From positions 124,001 to 188,000 of the forward strand of contig VRMN01000011.1 of assembly GCA_008690995.1 (NCBI GenBank): DNA of 64,000 bases, read 5' to 3'. Positions 1 through 11,496 of this stretch are shown piece after piece. This DNA is from Porphyridium purpureum (lineage: Eukaryota). The position numbers and the translations under genes were made by a program. How positions within the stretch are numbered: position 1 is the first letter of the stretch; each line of letters begins with the position of its first letter. The notes below the pieces were generated by a model. It did no database searches. It worked only from the letters and a program-made list of their open reading frames with translations, and was not told the DNA's origin.

Positions 1-186
1 TGGGGGTTTGTGGTGATTGGCGGTGGGAGAAGGCGTGCACGCACGGGGCGAGAAAGAGAGAAGAGGAGGGAGAGGAACAAATACAGGTTTAGTGGTTGAG
101 TGCGAGCGTGAGGGTTTAGGGGGGGAAGGGAGTGAGGACGGTGAGAGCGCACGGGAAGGGGGAAGGTCGGGGGAGGGAAGGGAAAG

Positions 187-2223
187 ATGGCGGGGCGCGG
201 GAGTTCGTTGGTGCGCACGCAGTGGCGGAACCTGGTGAGCTGTAATGCGCGCCGAGGGCTGTCGACTGGCGCTGCGTCGGATGGCGCCGCGGGGCAGGTG
301 ATCGGGATCGATTTGGGCACCACAAACTCGTGCGTGGCGGTCATGCAGGGCAAGTCCGCGCGAGTGATAGAGAATGCTGAGGGGCAGCGCACGACGCCGT
401 CAGTGGTCGCGTTTGCGCCAGACGGTGAGATGCTTGTGGGCGCTCCGGCCAAGCGCCAGGCCATTACCAACTCGGAGAATACCTTGTTTGCTATCAAGCG
501 CCTGATTGGCCATCGATTCACAGATCCAGAGACTCAAAAGGATGTCAAGACCATGCCATTCAAGATTGTGCCCGCGGACAACGGAGACGCCTGGGTGGAG
601 GCCAACGGCCAGAAGTACTCGCCTTCCCAGATTGGCGCCTTTGTGTTGAGCAAAATGAAGAAGACGGCGGAGGACTTTCTGGGCCAGAACGTAACCAACG
701 CGGTTGTGACCGTTCCGGCGTATTTCAATGATGCTCAGCGACAGGCCACCAAAGATGCTGGACAGATTGCCGGTCTCAATGTCATGCGTATTATCAACGA
801 GCCCACCGCGGCGGCGCTCGCGTACGGTATGGATGAGGCAGACGGGAAGGTCATCGCGGTGTACGACCTGGGTGGCGGTACCTTTGATGTGTCTATTCTC
901 GAGATTTCTGGCGGAGTGTTTGAAGTCAAGTCGACCAACGGTGACACCCATTTGGGCGGAGAGGACTTTGACCAGCGTTTGCTCGAGTTCCTGATCACCG
1001 AGTTCAAGAGGGATAAGAGCATTGACCTCTCGCGAGACAAGCTCGCGCTTCAGCGCTTGCGCGAGGCCGCGGAGCGTGCCAAGATCGAGTTATCGTCCAC
1101 GCCGCAGACTGAGATCAACCTGCCGTTCATTTCAGCAGATCAGTCTGGGCCTGTGCATCTCAACATGAAGCTCACGCGCGCCAAGTTCCAGGATTTGGTG
1201 GGTGACCTGGTTCATCGCACGCTGGGGCCAATGAAGAGCTGCTTACGCGACGCGTCGATCAAGGTGGCAGACGTGACTGAGGTTCTGCTGGTGGGTGGTA
1301 TGACACGCATGCCCGCCGTGCAAGAGACAGTGAAGGAGTTTTTCAAAAAGGCACCGAGCAAGGGCGTGAACCCGGACGAGGTGGTCGCTATGGGCGCCGC
1401 CATCCAGGGAGGCGTGTTGCGCGGCGACGTCAAGGACATTTTGCTGTTAGACGTGACGCCTCTGTCACTGGGCATTGAAACACTCGGCGGCGTGTTCACG
1501 CGCTTGATCAACCGTAACACGACCATCCCGACGAAGAAGGGCCAGACCTTCAGTACCGCCGCGGACGGTCAAACGCAGGTCGGTATCAAGGTGCTGCAGG
1601 GCGAGCGCGAAATGGCCGCCGACAACAAGATCCTCGGCCAATTTGACCTGATTGGCATTCCTCCGGCGCCGCGTGGGACGCCACAGATTGAGGTGTCGTT
1701 TGACATTGACGCGAACGGTATTATGCACGTATCTGCTAAGGACAAGGCCACAGGAAAGGAACAGAGCATCCGCATCCAGAGCTCAGGCGGGCTGTCGGAG
1801 TCGGATATTCAGGAAATGGTTAGGAATGCTGAGAGCTACGCTGAGGAAGACAAGAAGCGACGCGAGAAAGTGGAGCACCGCAACACCTTGGAGAACCTTG
1901 TGTATCAGGCCGAAAAGTCGCTCAAGGACTACCGCGACAAGTTGAACGCCGAGCAGATCGAGAAGATCGAGGTCGCCATTTCCGAGGCGCGGGACGCTTC
2001 GAAGAGCGAGACGATGTCTGGCGAAGAAATGAAGGAGAAGATCACGCAGCTTGAGCAGGCCGTCATGATCATCGGAGCCAACATGTACAAGAACCCAGGC
2101 AACGTGGACAAGGAAGCGAGCGCGAGCGCCCAAGCCGGTGCGCAGAAGGGTGGCGCGCAGGACGCCGAGTTCATGGATGCCGAGGACATGAGCGACAAGA
2201 AGAAGGACGAGTCCAAGAACTAG
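187..2223 (+). CDS. HSP70: Mitochondrial Hsp70 (DnaK-type chaperone)
   Basis: [31 protein letters not shown] and YSPSQIGA (mitochondrial/alphaproteobacterial signatures); Arg/Ser-rich presequence. Confidence 0.97.
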   Translation: MAGRGSSLVRTQWRNLVSCNARRGLSTGAASDGAAGQVIGIDLGTTNSCVAVMQGKSARVIENAEGQRTTPSVVAFAPDGEMLVGAPAKRQAITNSENTLFAIKRLIGHRFTDPETQKDVKTMPFKIVPADNGDAWVEANGQKYSPSQIGAFVLSKMKKTAEDFLGQNVTNAVVTVPAYFNDAQRQATKDAGQIAGLNVMRIINEPTAAALAYGMDEADGKVIAVYDLGGGTFDVSILEISGGVFEVKSTNGDTHLGGEDFDQRLLEFLITEFKRDKSIDLSRDKLALQRLREAAERAKIELSSTPQTEINLPFISADQSGPVHLNMKLTRAKFQDLVGDLVHRTLGPMKSCLRDASIKVADVTEVLLVGGMTRMPAVQETVKEFFKKAPSKGVNPDEVVAMGAAIQGGVLRGDVKDILLLDVTPLSLGIETLGGVFTRLINRNTTIPTKKGQTFSTAADGQTQVGIKVLQGEREMAADNKILGQFDLIGIPPAPRGTPQIEVSFDIDANGIMHVSAKDKATGKEQSIRIQSSGGLSESDIQEMVRNAESYAEEDKKRREKVEHRNTLENLVYQAEKSLKDYRDKLNAEQIEKIEVAISEARDASKSETMSGEEMKEKITQLEQAVMIIGANMYKNPGNVDKEASASAQAGAQKGGAQDAEFMDAEDMSDKKKDESKN

Positions 2224-2729
2224 GGAGCGGTCCAGTCAATAGTTTAGCGACCATGCGTTTCATTTCGCCGCACGCATACTCACAGTAAGTCTTATCAGTG
2301 ATGCATTTGTAACAAGATCTTTTGCTCTGTTCACGAAACCATTTGACACATTCACCGACGAGCCGCGATACGCGAGCGCGCGACCCCGTCCCGTCCCGCG
2401 CGCAGCAGCGTGGTCCGATTTCCCCCGTCAAGCCTGCGTCCAGCGAGTGTACCCCGAATCTCCGCGTGACTGCACCACCCTATCTCGGCAGAACCCCCCA
2501 GCGTTGCCGCCACGTCCATCGCATTTTCAGCACGTCCGCATACGAAGCGTGTGGAAGGTGAGCTCCACGCACAATCCAATCGCTTTGGCCGCGCTTGACA
2601 TGCACAGGGTGGCTGAGCAGCAGGGGTGCGGGCACACAAGGGCGCGATCGTGCGAGGTGTGGAGTGAAGAGATTGTCGCGACACACAGCAGAAGTGCCTC
2701 TGACGCTATCGCGCGGCTCTTTCTCGCAC

Positions 2730-3437
2730 ATGGCCGCCTTTGTTGGATCCGCCGCGTCGAGCGCAGCCGCTGACGCGCGCGGCGCGTTCGGCAGCTCCGC
2801 GCCCCGGCACAAGCTCTGCGTGCGCATGAGCGCGGCGCCAGGCGTAGAGGAGGCGCCGAGGCCAGAGGCAGATGCGGTCTGCACGCGGAGGGCAGCCTTG
2901 CAATCTGCAGCGATGCTCGTGGCCGGTGCGATGGCGGGAAGCGGCGCCGCGACCGTCGCCCCGGCAGACGCGGCGCTGCCGCGCCCGCCCGGTATCGGAT
3001 CCTTGGTCACCGCGTACTCAGATATTCCCAAGGGCTTTTCCATGTACCGCCCGCAAGGTTGGAATGAGTTCTCTGCCACGCCAGATATGTACGACATCAA
3101 GTGGCAGGACGTGATCCAGCCCACCGAGCAGATCACTGTGTTGACCACGCCGGTATCCAAGGGGAAGACGACTGAGAGCATGGGCACACCACAGGAAGTT
3201 GGCGAGCGGCTGGCGAAGAGTCGCAAGGCAACGCTGATAGCCGCCACGGAAAGAGACGCAGAGAATGTCAAAGTTTACACGATCGAGCTGCAGTTTGGCA
3301 ACCTGCACCAGCTCAACGCGCTTTCAATCAACAAGAGCAAGCTCTACTCCGTGACGGCCACGTGCGGGGAGCCACGCTGGTCAAAGAGGGAGAAACTGTA
3401 CCGAGGTGTCGTGGATTCCTTTTCGCCAAAGCTGTAG
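2730..3437 (+). CDS. PsbP-domain thylakoid lumen protein
   Basis: MAAFV transit peptide, twin-Arg TRRAAL followed by a hydrophobic stretch and ADA cleavage site; GFSMYRPQGW, GTPQEVG, KLYSVTA..E.RW and VVDSF PsbP motifs. Confidence 0.85.
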   Translation: MAAFVGSAASSAAADARGAFGSSAPRHKLCVRMSAAPGVEEAPRPEADAVCTRRAALQSAAMLVAGAMAGSGAATVAPADAALPRPPGIGSLVTAYSDIPKGFSMYRPQGWNEFSATPDMYDIKWQDVIQPTEQITVLTTPVSKGKTTESMGTPQEVGERLAKSRKATLIAATERDAENVKVYTIELQFGNLHQLNALSINKSKLYSVTATCGEPRWSKREKLYRGVVDSFSPKL

Positions 3438-3644
3438 ATTTTTCCCCGTCGGCCATCATTTCCGCATTGCTAGCTAGAAAAGCGGTTAACTGCCCCGTAC
3501 ATTTACCAACCGCGCGTGCGCTGGTTCCATACAATGAATAAACGAAGCATCCTGCTCACCAGTTTACTCAGGTACTTGCTTTGTCCTTCACCATGCGGCC
3601 GTTTGCACGGCTCATCCGAGGTGCGCGACTGCATGCCACCGTGT

Positions 3645-5945
3645 CTACTTCTTGCGCTTGTTCTTTTTCTTTTGCTGGCCCTTCGGTCGAGTGTCCGCAA
3701 CGCGACTGGGCAGCGAATCAACAACGCCACTATCGATCTTCTCCTGCGCTGCTTGTGCGGCCTTCTGCTGCTTGGCGGAAAACACCGCGGTCGTCTCTAG
3801 ATCACCACCCTGCGTGCCCTTGCTCACACCCTGCTTGTGCACCGTTCGCTTTCGGTACTTGGCTCGCATATGCTTCGGTAGCCAGCGCTCTGGATCTGGC
3901 GGCGGCCCATTCGGATCGTAATCCTTGGGCAGTCTCTGCTTGCGCTTGCGCTTTCTTGTTTTCTTCTCCACAGCGACGTCGGCAGGCGAGTCCACCAGTC
4001 CTCCGACTACTCGATCGCCTTTTTTCCGCGGCGGTGGCCGCGACTCGAGCAAATCAAAGTCGATTTCAGCCGCTGAGACGTTTGCGTACGCGTGAGCCTC
4101 CATCTCTCCGTCCAAGATTTGACTTGATGAACTCGCTCCACCGCTCGACAGAACAGAATCGGATAGTTCCCGGATATACGGCTCAAGCTCGGCATTCTGA
4201 TTCACATTCTCGACGAAAGAGGCACACGTAAGCAGCTCGGCCAGCAATTCCATCCGCATGTCGCTATCACCAGACGTAACCGCCTGTTCGTACGCTTGCT
4301 TGAAGTACGCCAGGGCCTTCGAATACTGAGCACTGCGTGAGAATGTCTCGGCGAGGCGTTGATTGTACACAATGCGATCATGCGCTGCAGACGGTGATGT
4401 CACAGCAGCAGCATCCATCAGCAGCTTCTCCACCCGCTCGATCTGTCCATCTTTCTCGAGCAATCGCGCCGCTGTCAGCTTGACGCCCATCCGCGAGCAA
4501 AACGACGCATCGGGAGTACGCGAGTCGTCCAGCAACACCTCAGCAGCGACGGAAGGCTTGCCAAAATGATCCTCGATGAACGCGCGCGCTAAAACTGCGG
4601 CCTCTGCGGCGGTGGTGCTTGTGCTTGCATGCGCGCTTGCAAATTCTGACACGAGCTGGCGCGCCGATGCTTCGGACGAGGAGTTTTCACGGAGTGCTAG
4701 GTCGAGGCGGGCAAAAAAATGAGCCACGAGAAATTTCGGGTGTGCGGCGAGCGCTTGCGGCTCCAGCTTGGACAATTCAGCCTTCGCCGCATCTAGCCGC
4801 TTCATGCGCAAGAAGATGAGCGCGCGATTGAGCCCAAAAGTGATTCGTTGGATGGGCGTCAAGCGCTGCGCAAGCCCACCCTGTGTTGTTACCTTCATGC
4901 TTTTTGCCAAATCAAGCAAGTTGGTCGTATCGTCGTCCACGTGCAGGTAAGCCATATTGTTACTCGCCACCGCAAGCGCAGTTGTGTTTGACGTCTTGCT
5001 TTGCAGCACAGACTGGTTGGACATATGGGCGTCATCGCTTCGCCCGAGCATCAGCTCAACAAACCCTTTCTGCGCTACAATCGATGCGCCGACAGCCCAA
5101 AACGCTGCATCCCGCTCGCCACCACCTTTTTCCGGTGCCACTTCTTGCCGCGCCACGTGCTCGGCGTCATTCAGCGCTTTCAATGCACGCGTCAGCTCGT
5201 TCGACCCAATCATGGAGCATGCCATGTTATAGAGCAGCTCATGCGAGAACTCACCGACCAGTCGCTCGGCATCCATGATCTCGATATCGCTCGCGGCCGC
5301 CACTTCTGCACCAGATGAAGCCATGACTGCCGCTGCGAGATAGTTGACCACATCCTCCATATATGCCGCACGAGCGTCTGTGCTCACGTTCGATGCACCT
5401 GAAGACTTGCCAAGCATCGCCTTGCTCGCCTTGACGATGTCCGCGTACAAAGTGCGCGACTGCGAGTACATTTCCGATCGGTATAAGAGCTGCGCTTCGA
5501 GATGCTTCGTATGCAGGTGCAACTGCGGCGCCTTGGCGAGTTCTGTGCGAACATGGTGCAGCGTCTCCTGTGCCTTTTCGAGCTGGTGATTTGCGTACAG
5601 CGCGTACACGCGATTGAATGCCACGCTGGCCTTGAAATGAGCGTCGTCGACCACGACGCCCTCCTTGGCCAAATTTTCCGCGACGCCAGACGCCTCCTCG
5701 TACTTTCCCAGCTGGATCAGCGCCGCAATTTTCGCCGCAAGCATTGCGTTTCGCAGTGCCGCCTGCACCGCCACACCTGCCGCCTCATCCTTGCCGGTCT
5801 GTGAAGCCGACGCGGTGGCGCCCGTGGCCGGCTTCCGCTTGACATCGCCTTTCAGCAACCGGTCGACGCGGGACACAACAGATCCATACGCGTCCTCCTG
5901 GAACGCGTGCTCGAGCTCGTCCAGAACTCTGACGTCCACGCCCAT
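3645..5945 (-). CDS. SRP72: Signal recognition particle subunit SRP72
   Basis: TPR-like helical body; C-terminal KRKQRLPKDYDPNGPPPDPERWLP and GTQG, the SRP72 RNA-binding motif. Confidence 0.93.
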   Translation of the reverse strand: MGVDVRVLDELEHAFQEDAYGSVVSRVDRLLKGDVKRKPATGATASASQTGKDEAAGVAVQAALRNAMLAAKIAALIQLGKYEEASGVAENLAKEGVVVDDAHFKASVAFNRVYALYANHQLEKAQETLHHVRTELAKAPQLHLHTKHLEAQLLYRSEMYSQSRTLYADIVKASKAMLGKSSGASNVSTDARAAYMEDVVNYLAAAVMASSGAEVAAASDIEIMDAERLVGEFSHELLYNMACSMIGSNELTRALKALNDAEHVARQEVAPEKGGGERDAAFWAVGASIVAQKGFVELMLGRSDDAHMSNQSVLQSKTSNTTALAVASNNMAYLHVDDDTTNLLDLAKSMKVTTQGGLAQRLTPIQRITFGLNRALIFLRMKRLDAAKAELSKLEPQALAAHPKFLVAHFFARLDLALRENSSSEASARQLVSEFASAHASTSTTAAEAAVLARAFIEDHFGKPSVAAEVLLDDSRTPDASFCSRMGVKLTAARLLEKDGQIERVEKLLMDAAAVTSPSAAHDRIVYNQRLAETFSRSAQYSKALAYFKQAYEQAVTSGDSDMRMELLAELLTCASFVENVNQNAELEPYIRELSDSVLSSGGASSSSQILDGEMEAHAYANVSAAEIDFDLLESRPPPRKKGDRVVGGLVDSPADVAVEKKTRKRKRKQRLPKDYDPNGPPPDPERWLPKHMRAKYRKRTVHKQGVSKGTQGGDLETTAVFSAKQQKAAQAAQEKIDSGVVDSLPSRVADTRPKGQQKKKNKRKK

Positions 5946-6186
5946 CTCTACCACCACACGGCCATCCGCCGAGCAACCGCCACCTCGCGCTTCCTCTTGC
6001 TCGCGCTACACTCACCTCGCAAGCACGCGCCGCGCGTGCGAATCGTTCATGCATTACATAAGAATGTTGCATTGCATAGGAATGGTGCATTTCATGCAAA
6101 GTACCCGGGCTTTGGGAGGGAAGAGAAGATCTGTCGGTAGGCACAAAGGTGGTGGAGCGGTTTGCGGCGAGGCGGGGGCGGTCGCG

Positions 6187-7341
6187 ATGGCGAGTGAGTT
6201 GCGCGTGGCGCTGCAGAAGCGGCATGCGTTCATCAAATCGATGCAGATGCAGAACAAGGTGCCCACGGAGGAGCAGCTGAGTTCGTTTCTGGCTGCAGTG
6301 GTGTCGGAGGCTTCCGCGATTTCGGCCGATCACCCGGATCTAGCCGAGCAGGTGGACGTGGCGGCGGCCTTGCCGCAGGATCTGGCGTTTGATCTTTGTG
6401 ATGACGCGCTAGAGGACTTGATCAGTAAAGCCCGTGCGGCAGAGATTGCGGATGCCATGGAGAACGTGAAGCCCACGGACGAAGAGCTTGGCTCGGTTTC
6501 GCTGGCCGTGGCAAAGCTGTGGGAGCTGGACGTTAATCGGCTTGCCCCAGGACTCGACTACGTGCTTGACTTGCAGACAGGTAAAAAGTTCTACGATCAA
6601 GACGTCGATACCGCCGAGCACCCGCTCTTCAAGTACTTTTCCAGTGCTGTGTTCCGCACTCGCCCAACGTACAGCCTATTTTATCACCTGCTGGACAACT
6701 ACGAGAGTGCGACGGGAGTTGAGGAGAACGCGACCGACGAAGAGAAAAAGGAGACATGGACCTTTATCAATACCATATGCACGACGCCCGTGATGAAGTA
6801 CGTGTTCCAGTACTTGTCTGCCACCGACCTGATCGGCGAGGAAGAAGGCAAGAACGACATGGAAGCGTTCAAGCGTTGGTTGTACCGAACGTGGTTCTAC
6901 TTTTATCGTCGCGACGGCGCCAATGATTCGTCCGCTTTTGAGCACGCCTTCTTGGGCGAGCTGCGCGATGACAAGGTTATTGGAATGCACAACTGGATGC
7001 AGATCATGGTGGAGGAGAAGCGTGGCAACTTGAATTACACTGGCTACATCAAGCCGCGCCGCCGCGGTACAGAGCTGCCGGATGAGGATGAGCATGTGCT
7101 GGGGATCCAGTTCGAGTGGAAGGGCTGTCTGAAACCCATGAGCTCCATGTTCGTGGGTGTGTCTCCTGAGTTTGAAATTGCGCTGTATACGCTTGTCTTT
7201 CTTGCGCAGGATGAGAACATTGATGACGGCAAAGTGCGAGCAATCATTGAAGAGGGCTCAACGGAGATTATGGTTGTGGTGCACAAGAACGGCAGGCACA
7301 AACCTCGCATCGGAAGCGCGTTCCCAGAGTTGGTGGAGTAG
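6187..7341 (+). CDS. Poly(U)-specific endoribonuclease (EndoU/XendoU family)
   Basis: LWELDVNR, LLDNY, DSSAFEHAFLGE, GMHNW and FVGVSPEFEIALYT motifs; start taken at MASELR. Confidence 0.92.
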   Translation: MASELRVALQKRHAFIKSMQMQNKVPTEEQLSSFLAAVVSEASAISADHPDLAEQVDVAAALPQDLAFDLCDDALEDLISKARAAEIADAMENVKPTDEELGSVSLAVAKLWELDVNRLAPGLDYVLDLQTGKKFYDQDVDTAEHPLFKYFSSAVFRTRPTYSLFYHLLDNYESATGVEENATDEEKKETWTFINTICTTPVMKYVFQYLSATDLIGEEEGKNDMEAFKRWLYRTWFYFYRRDGANDSSAFEHAFLGELRDDKVIGMHNWMQIMVEEKRGNLNYTGYIKPRRRGTELPDEDEHVLGIQFEWKGCLKPMSSMFVGVSPEFEIALYTLVFLAQDENIDDGKVRAIIEEGSTEIMVVVHKNGRHKPRIGSAFPELVE

Positions 7342-7528
7342 CTGTATGGTTTGCCAGGACAGTGGTGCAGCGTGCACAAGAAAGATCAGGCCATTCCGTG
7401 CTTATCGTATCACAGATTTTTAATTCCAAGTATTCAAACACAGAAAATTCGCAACGGCGTCAACCTTGTCACGATTGTAAGACTTTTTGTGTAACTCAGT
7501 CCAGTCCAGTCCTCTCCAGCCTGCCTTG

Positions 7529-7882
7529 TCACAGGCCGCAGCCGGCCTGATTCGACGCGTCACCAGAGTACGACGCGGAGCACGGGTACTCGGAGCCGGG
7601 CGGGGGCGTGAACGTGGTTGTCCCATCTCTGATCGCACGGCCCGCGAAAAACATGATGCAGAAAAGACCCGCGATAAATGCATAGTACAAAAGAAAACCA
7701 GAAACCACTTGAGCCCACTCCTTCCCGCTCAAGTTTCCAAAGGTGGTTGTGCCGTCCGGGCGCTTCTGAATCGGGTTCGAGCACTTCGTGCACTTCTTCA
7801 GGAACGAATGGTTGTGCTCGTCCTCCAGGTGGGACACCGACTGCGAGGCAACATTGTCCTCAGTCGCTGCGACCTCCGCCAT
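7529..7882 (-). CDS. Small single-pass membrane protein (117 aa) resembling the Na,K-ATPase beta-subunit N-terminus/TM
   Basis: ATG after a purine-rich leader; one TM helix WAQVVSGFLLYYAFIAGLFCIMFF; PPPG after the TM. Confidence 0.7.
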   Translation of the reverse strand: MAEVAATEDNVASQSVSHLEDEHNHSFLKKCTKCSNPIQKRPDGTTTFGNLSGKEWAQVVSGFLLYYAFIAGLFCIMFFAGRAIRDGTTTFTPPPGSEYPCSASYSGDASNQAGCGL

Positions 7883-8680
7883 CTCGACCACGCACTCCCT
7901 TCCCTCCTCGACAACCCTCCCCCCTTCTCCCCTTCCTGCCCTGCCTCCCTTTTCTCCCAAGTTCTCCCCTGCCCTTCCTATCACGTGCATCCACTCAAAT
8001 ATACCCCTCTACCCGCCTCCGCCACAAAAACACAAAACGCCAGTCGACGCGCCTCAAACTATTCGTACGAGAAACGAATCCGCTCCAACCAACCCCCCGA
8101 AAAGCGCACCACCGGCTCATTTCCTATCATCCCACCCACCAACCGTACCACCCCCCCCCCATAACACAGCGGCCGTTTCTGAAGCGCGACGCGCAACGGT
8201 ACAGTTCGCAGCGGTACAGCGTTCGGCCCGTGTCTCTCTATCAAACTAGACCGTTTTCACAACACCGCGCGCGCGCCGTTCGGACTAACGCTCCACCGCG
8301 CGCCGCGCTCCCGTCCGCCCCGGTCGGTCCGGTCGGTCGCGGCTCTGTTTGTGGTCCGCAGCGCGCGCGCGTTTCTCCGAGAAAGTGGTTGCGCTGTACT
8401 TTGCTCGGACGTGCGGTACTGTTCCCGCCTCCGCCCGTTTTGAATCGGGTGTTCAGTGAAGCTGTACTCCCGCTCGAGAAACTTCGTCGTCGGACAAAGC
8501 GCCCAAGTGGAATGATGAGAATGACGCGGGTTTAGTATGGAGGGCAGTGCTAGTGCGAGCAGAAGTCGCGCTGAAGGAGGCAACACGAGACAGGAGAGAG
8601 TGTATGCGTGTGAGAGAGGCGGGGTGAAGGGAAAGCGCGGCAGTGTGTGGGCGGCCCAGCGTGCGGGGTGGCGTTGGACA

Positions 8681-9394
8681 ATGGCGTTTGTCGGTGGGTG
8701 TGCGGTGCGGTCGTTGGCCAGGCCGGCGGGAGCGGAGGCCGCCAGATCGAGCGGGTCGCGCGTCGCGGTGCTCGCATCGCGTACGCTGAATGGCGCGACA
8801 ATCGAACGGCCGCTGCGCGCGGTCCGGAATAACGTGCTTGTCAAAATTGCCGAGGCGCCAGAGAAGACCGCCGGAGGGCTGCTGCTCGCGACTGAAGCCA
8901 TGGAGAAGCCAAATTATGGCGTGGCCGTCTCGGTCGGCGAGGGCGCGTTCTTTCCGTCGGGAGGGAAGATCGACATGTCCATCAACGAGAACGACGTGGT
9001 CCTGTTCGGATCGTACGGCGGCGACGAGATTACATATGATGGCGCCAAGCACGCCTTTATCACGCAGGACGACGTGCTGTGCTACTTTGAAGGCGGAGAG
9101 TACAAGGCAGACGCCGTGCGGCCGGTTTATGACCGCGTGTTCGTCAAGAAGGACAAGGGCGTCACCGAGACAGCCAGCGGGCTCACCCTGTCCACAAATG
9201 CCGTCGAAAAACCCACATCGGGTGAGGTCATCTCGCATGGACCGGGCAGGCTTATGGAGAACGGGCAGTACGAGCCCGTGCAATTTAAGGTCGGCGAGCG
9301 AGTCATGTTCGGCAAGTACAGTGGCAGCGAGGTCAAGTTTGACGGTGTAGAATATGTGCTCGTGCGCGTGGCCGACATTTTCGCCGTTCTGTAG
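8681..9394 (+). CDS. CPN20: Plastid chaperonin 20 (two tandem GroES domains)
   Basis: MAFV transit peptide; two GroES units (EKTAGGLLL...AVSVGEG and RPVYDRV...ETASGL...GPG...KYSGSEV). Confidence 0.95.
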   Translation: MAFVGGCAVRSLARPAGAEAARSSGSRVAVLASRTLNGATIERPLRAVRNNVLVKIAEAPEKTAGGLLLATEAMEKPNYGVAVSVGEGAFFPSGGKIDMSINENDVVLFGSYGGDEITYDGAKHAFITQDDVLCYFEGGEYKADAVRPVYDRVFVKKDKGVTETASGLTLSTNAVEKPTSGEVISHGPGRLMENGQYEPVQFKVGERVMFGKYSGSEVKFDGVEYVLVRVADIFAVL

Positions 9395-9455
9395 CAGATC
9401 TTTAGGGTAGAATAGCTTCTCGGACACACAAGAAATGAACTCGCCACTCCGATTT

Positions 9456-11390
9456 TTATTGTGCAGCTTCCGGATGCTGTGCCAACAGCGCCTCGGCGAA
9501 CGGCTCCCAATACGTGGATGTGCGCAGTGAGATGCGAAATGCATTGGCCATTCCGCGAAGCAGGATGGAAACGCGGCCCGCCATGACGAATGAGTCTGGC
9601 ATCTTCACGACGGGATCCACTTCATCCATCCATTGCATGAATTTGTGGATGTTCCTGCCGCCCATCACGTCGTCCGAATCGCGATCGTGCTGGAAGCACA
9701 TCATCAGGTAAATAATGTCAGGATTCATGTGCTTTGTCTTAATGCCCATCTCTTCCGTCGCGACACGCACAATTTCGACCTTATCGTCGCGTGCCAGCGC
9801 GACGATGAGCTTGGCGTATTTGATACGCTCTTCGAGGCTCATGTGCTTGACTTGGCCATAATCAATCAAGCCGAGACGGCGGTCCGGCATGAGAATGATG
9901 TTCCCGGGATGTGCGTCTGCGTTGAAGCTACCGTCCACAAAGATTTCGTGGCCATGAACTTGGAGCAACGTCTCAATCATGGAGCCGAGATTAATGGGCG
10001 ACGTATGGTGCACGTACTCGAGCTCGGGCATTTTCGGAAGCATCCCAATCGTATAACGATACAGACCCACGCAGACGTTGATTAAAACATCCCGCATCAT
10101 GATCATCCTGCTCGCTGACGAGACTTGGCGCTTCACCACGTCCACACTTTGCAAAGCATGCCTCTTCTGCTCCTCCTCAAACTCTTCCATGGTCATCCCG
10201 CGCATTTCGGCCAAAGTCTTGAACTCGTCTCGGATGCCATCCACAAAGCGCTTGCCCGGAATGCGTTCCATGGTGAGCACGTGCGACGAGCACAGCTCCA
10301 TAATAGGGCGCGGAACTTTCACTTTGGCTTTCCACTTTGGATCCTTTTCCAAGTTACGCCACACAAGATCCAAGTTGCACGCCTCGCCCAGGTAGTCGAA
10401 TTCTGTGAGAAACTGCTTTTCTATCTCGGACAAGAATGGCACGTGTTGCGGCATTGCAAGCTCACAAAAGGTGCGAATGGTCTTCATATCCGCGCGAAAC
10501 ATTGCCTCAATGCCGGGATACTGAACTTTGACCACAAGCTCCTGGCCGTTTCGCTTTGCTAAATGCACCTGGCCAATGGACGCTGCACCACACGGCTCAA
10601 ATTCAAATTCATCGAACACATCTTCTATCTTTCTGCCGAGCGACTCCTCTACTAGACCTCGCACCTGCGCAGCTGACAGCTCGGTCGGCACTGCGTCCTG
10701 CATTTGCTTGCACCACTTCAGGTACTGGTGCGGTACTAGCTCGTCCCTCGTTGAAACAATCTGTGCCGATTTGATGTAAAAGCCCTTTAGCGAAAGCGTC
10801 AAGTCCCGCACCGGCGATGCGTACTTGTCATGCAGACGATTCCATGCAGCGTCCTGCTCCTCATCGCTAAGCTTTGCAACCTGCTTCTCCACCAGCAGAT
10901 AGTGCAAATAGATCGGAAACACTTTTCTCCAGAAGCGCGCGCTGCGAGACAGTGCCTGTAAATTTTGCTGCCAAATCTCGCGTGGAGTCAACGTGTACGA
11001 TGCACCTACGATTCCGCCACCCAGTACAAACGCACGAGCTGCCAGAACCATAGCTCTACCGCCTTTCAACCCCCCCAAAATTGGAACCGACCAAGCTTCC
11101 CGTGGCAGCGTCCTCATTACACTCAAGCGCCGTATACTAAGCCCCATACCCAATGCACGCATATCTCGACTTCCAGAAAGCCACAGCCCGGTGGCTTTCG
11201 TCGTCACCAGAAGCTGCGCATCGCGCGCCTGTCCGATCGCTCTGCCAGCCGACGTCCACAAACTGCTGGCGTGCCGCACGCACTGATCGGCACTCTGACG
11301 GACACCAAATCTCGTCCGCTGGAGCTGCCGCTGCACTAAGCTCTGCAGTGGCGACTCGCGCGCCGCGCGCATACACGTCGCTTTCAACAT
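9456..11390 (-). CDS. ABC1/UbiB atypical kinase, probably mitochondrial
   Basis: GFYIKSAQ, AASIGQVH, VVKVQYPG, EFDYLGEA, NADAHPGN and LIDYGQVK; start at first ATG, uncertain. Confidence 0.92.
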   Translation of the reverse strand: MLKATCMRAARESPLQSLVQRQLQRTRFGVRQSADQCVRHASSLWTSAGRAIGQARDAQLLVTTKATGLWLSGSRDMRALGMGLSIRRLSVMRTLPREAWSVPILGGLKGGRAMVLAARAFVLGGGIVGASYTLTPREIWQQNLQALSRSARFWRKVFPIYLHYLLVEKQVAKLSDEEQDAAWNRLHDKYASPVRDLTLSLKGFYIKSAQIVSTRDELVPHQYLKWCKQMQDAVPTELSAAQVRGLVEESLGRKIEDVFDEFEFEPCGAASIGQVHLAKRNGQELVVKVQYPGIEAMFRADMKTIRTFCELAMPQHVPFLSEIEKQFLTEFDYLGEACNLDLVWRNLEKDPKWKAKVKVPRPIMELCSSHVLTMERIPGKRFVDGIRDEFKTLAEMRGMTMEEFEEEQKRHALQSVDVVKRQVSSASRMIMMRDVLINVCVGLYRYTIGMLPKMPELEYVHHTSPINLGSMIETLLQVHGHEIFVDGSFNADAHPGNIILMPDRRLGLIDYGQVKHMSLEERIKYAKLIVALARDDKVEIVRVATEEMGIKTKHMNPDIIYLMMCFQHDRDSDDVMGGRNIHKFMQWMDEVDPVVKMPDSFVMAGRVSILLRGMANAFRISLRTSTYWEPFAEALLAQHPEAAQ

Positions 11391-11496
11391 CGCGCTGCCA
11401 AATGCCTCGCATCGCGCTCTCCCATGCCTCCTCCCCGCCTCGCCACATCCACGCTTCACGTGCCCGCTAAACCGTTCAGTTCACCGGCAAAACAGT

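Noticed and set aside
5665..6186. N-terminal extension of the 558-aa + ORF
   Set aside because: Antisense overlap with SRP72; the EndoU gene most plausibly starts at 6187
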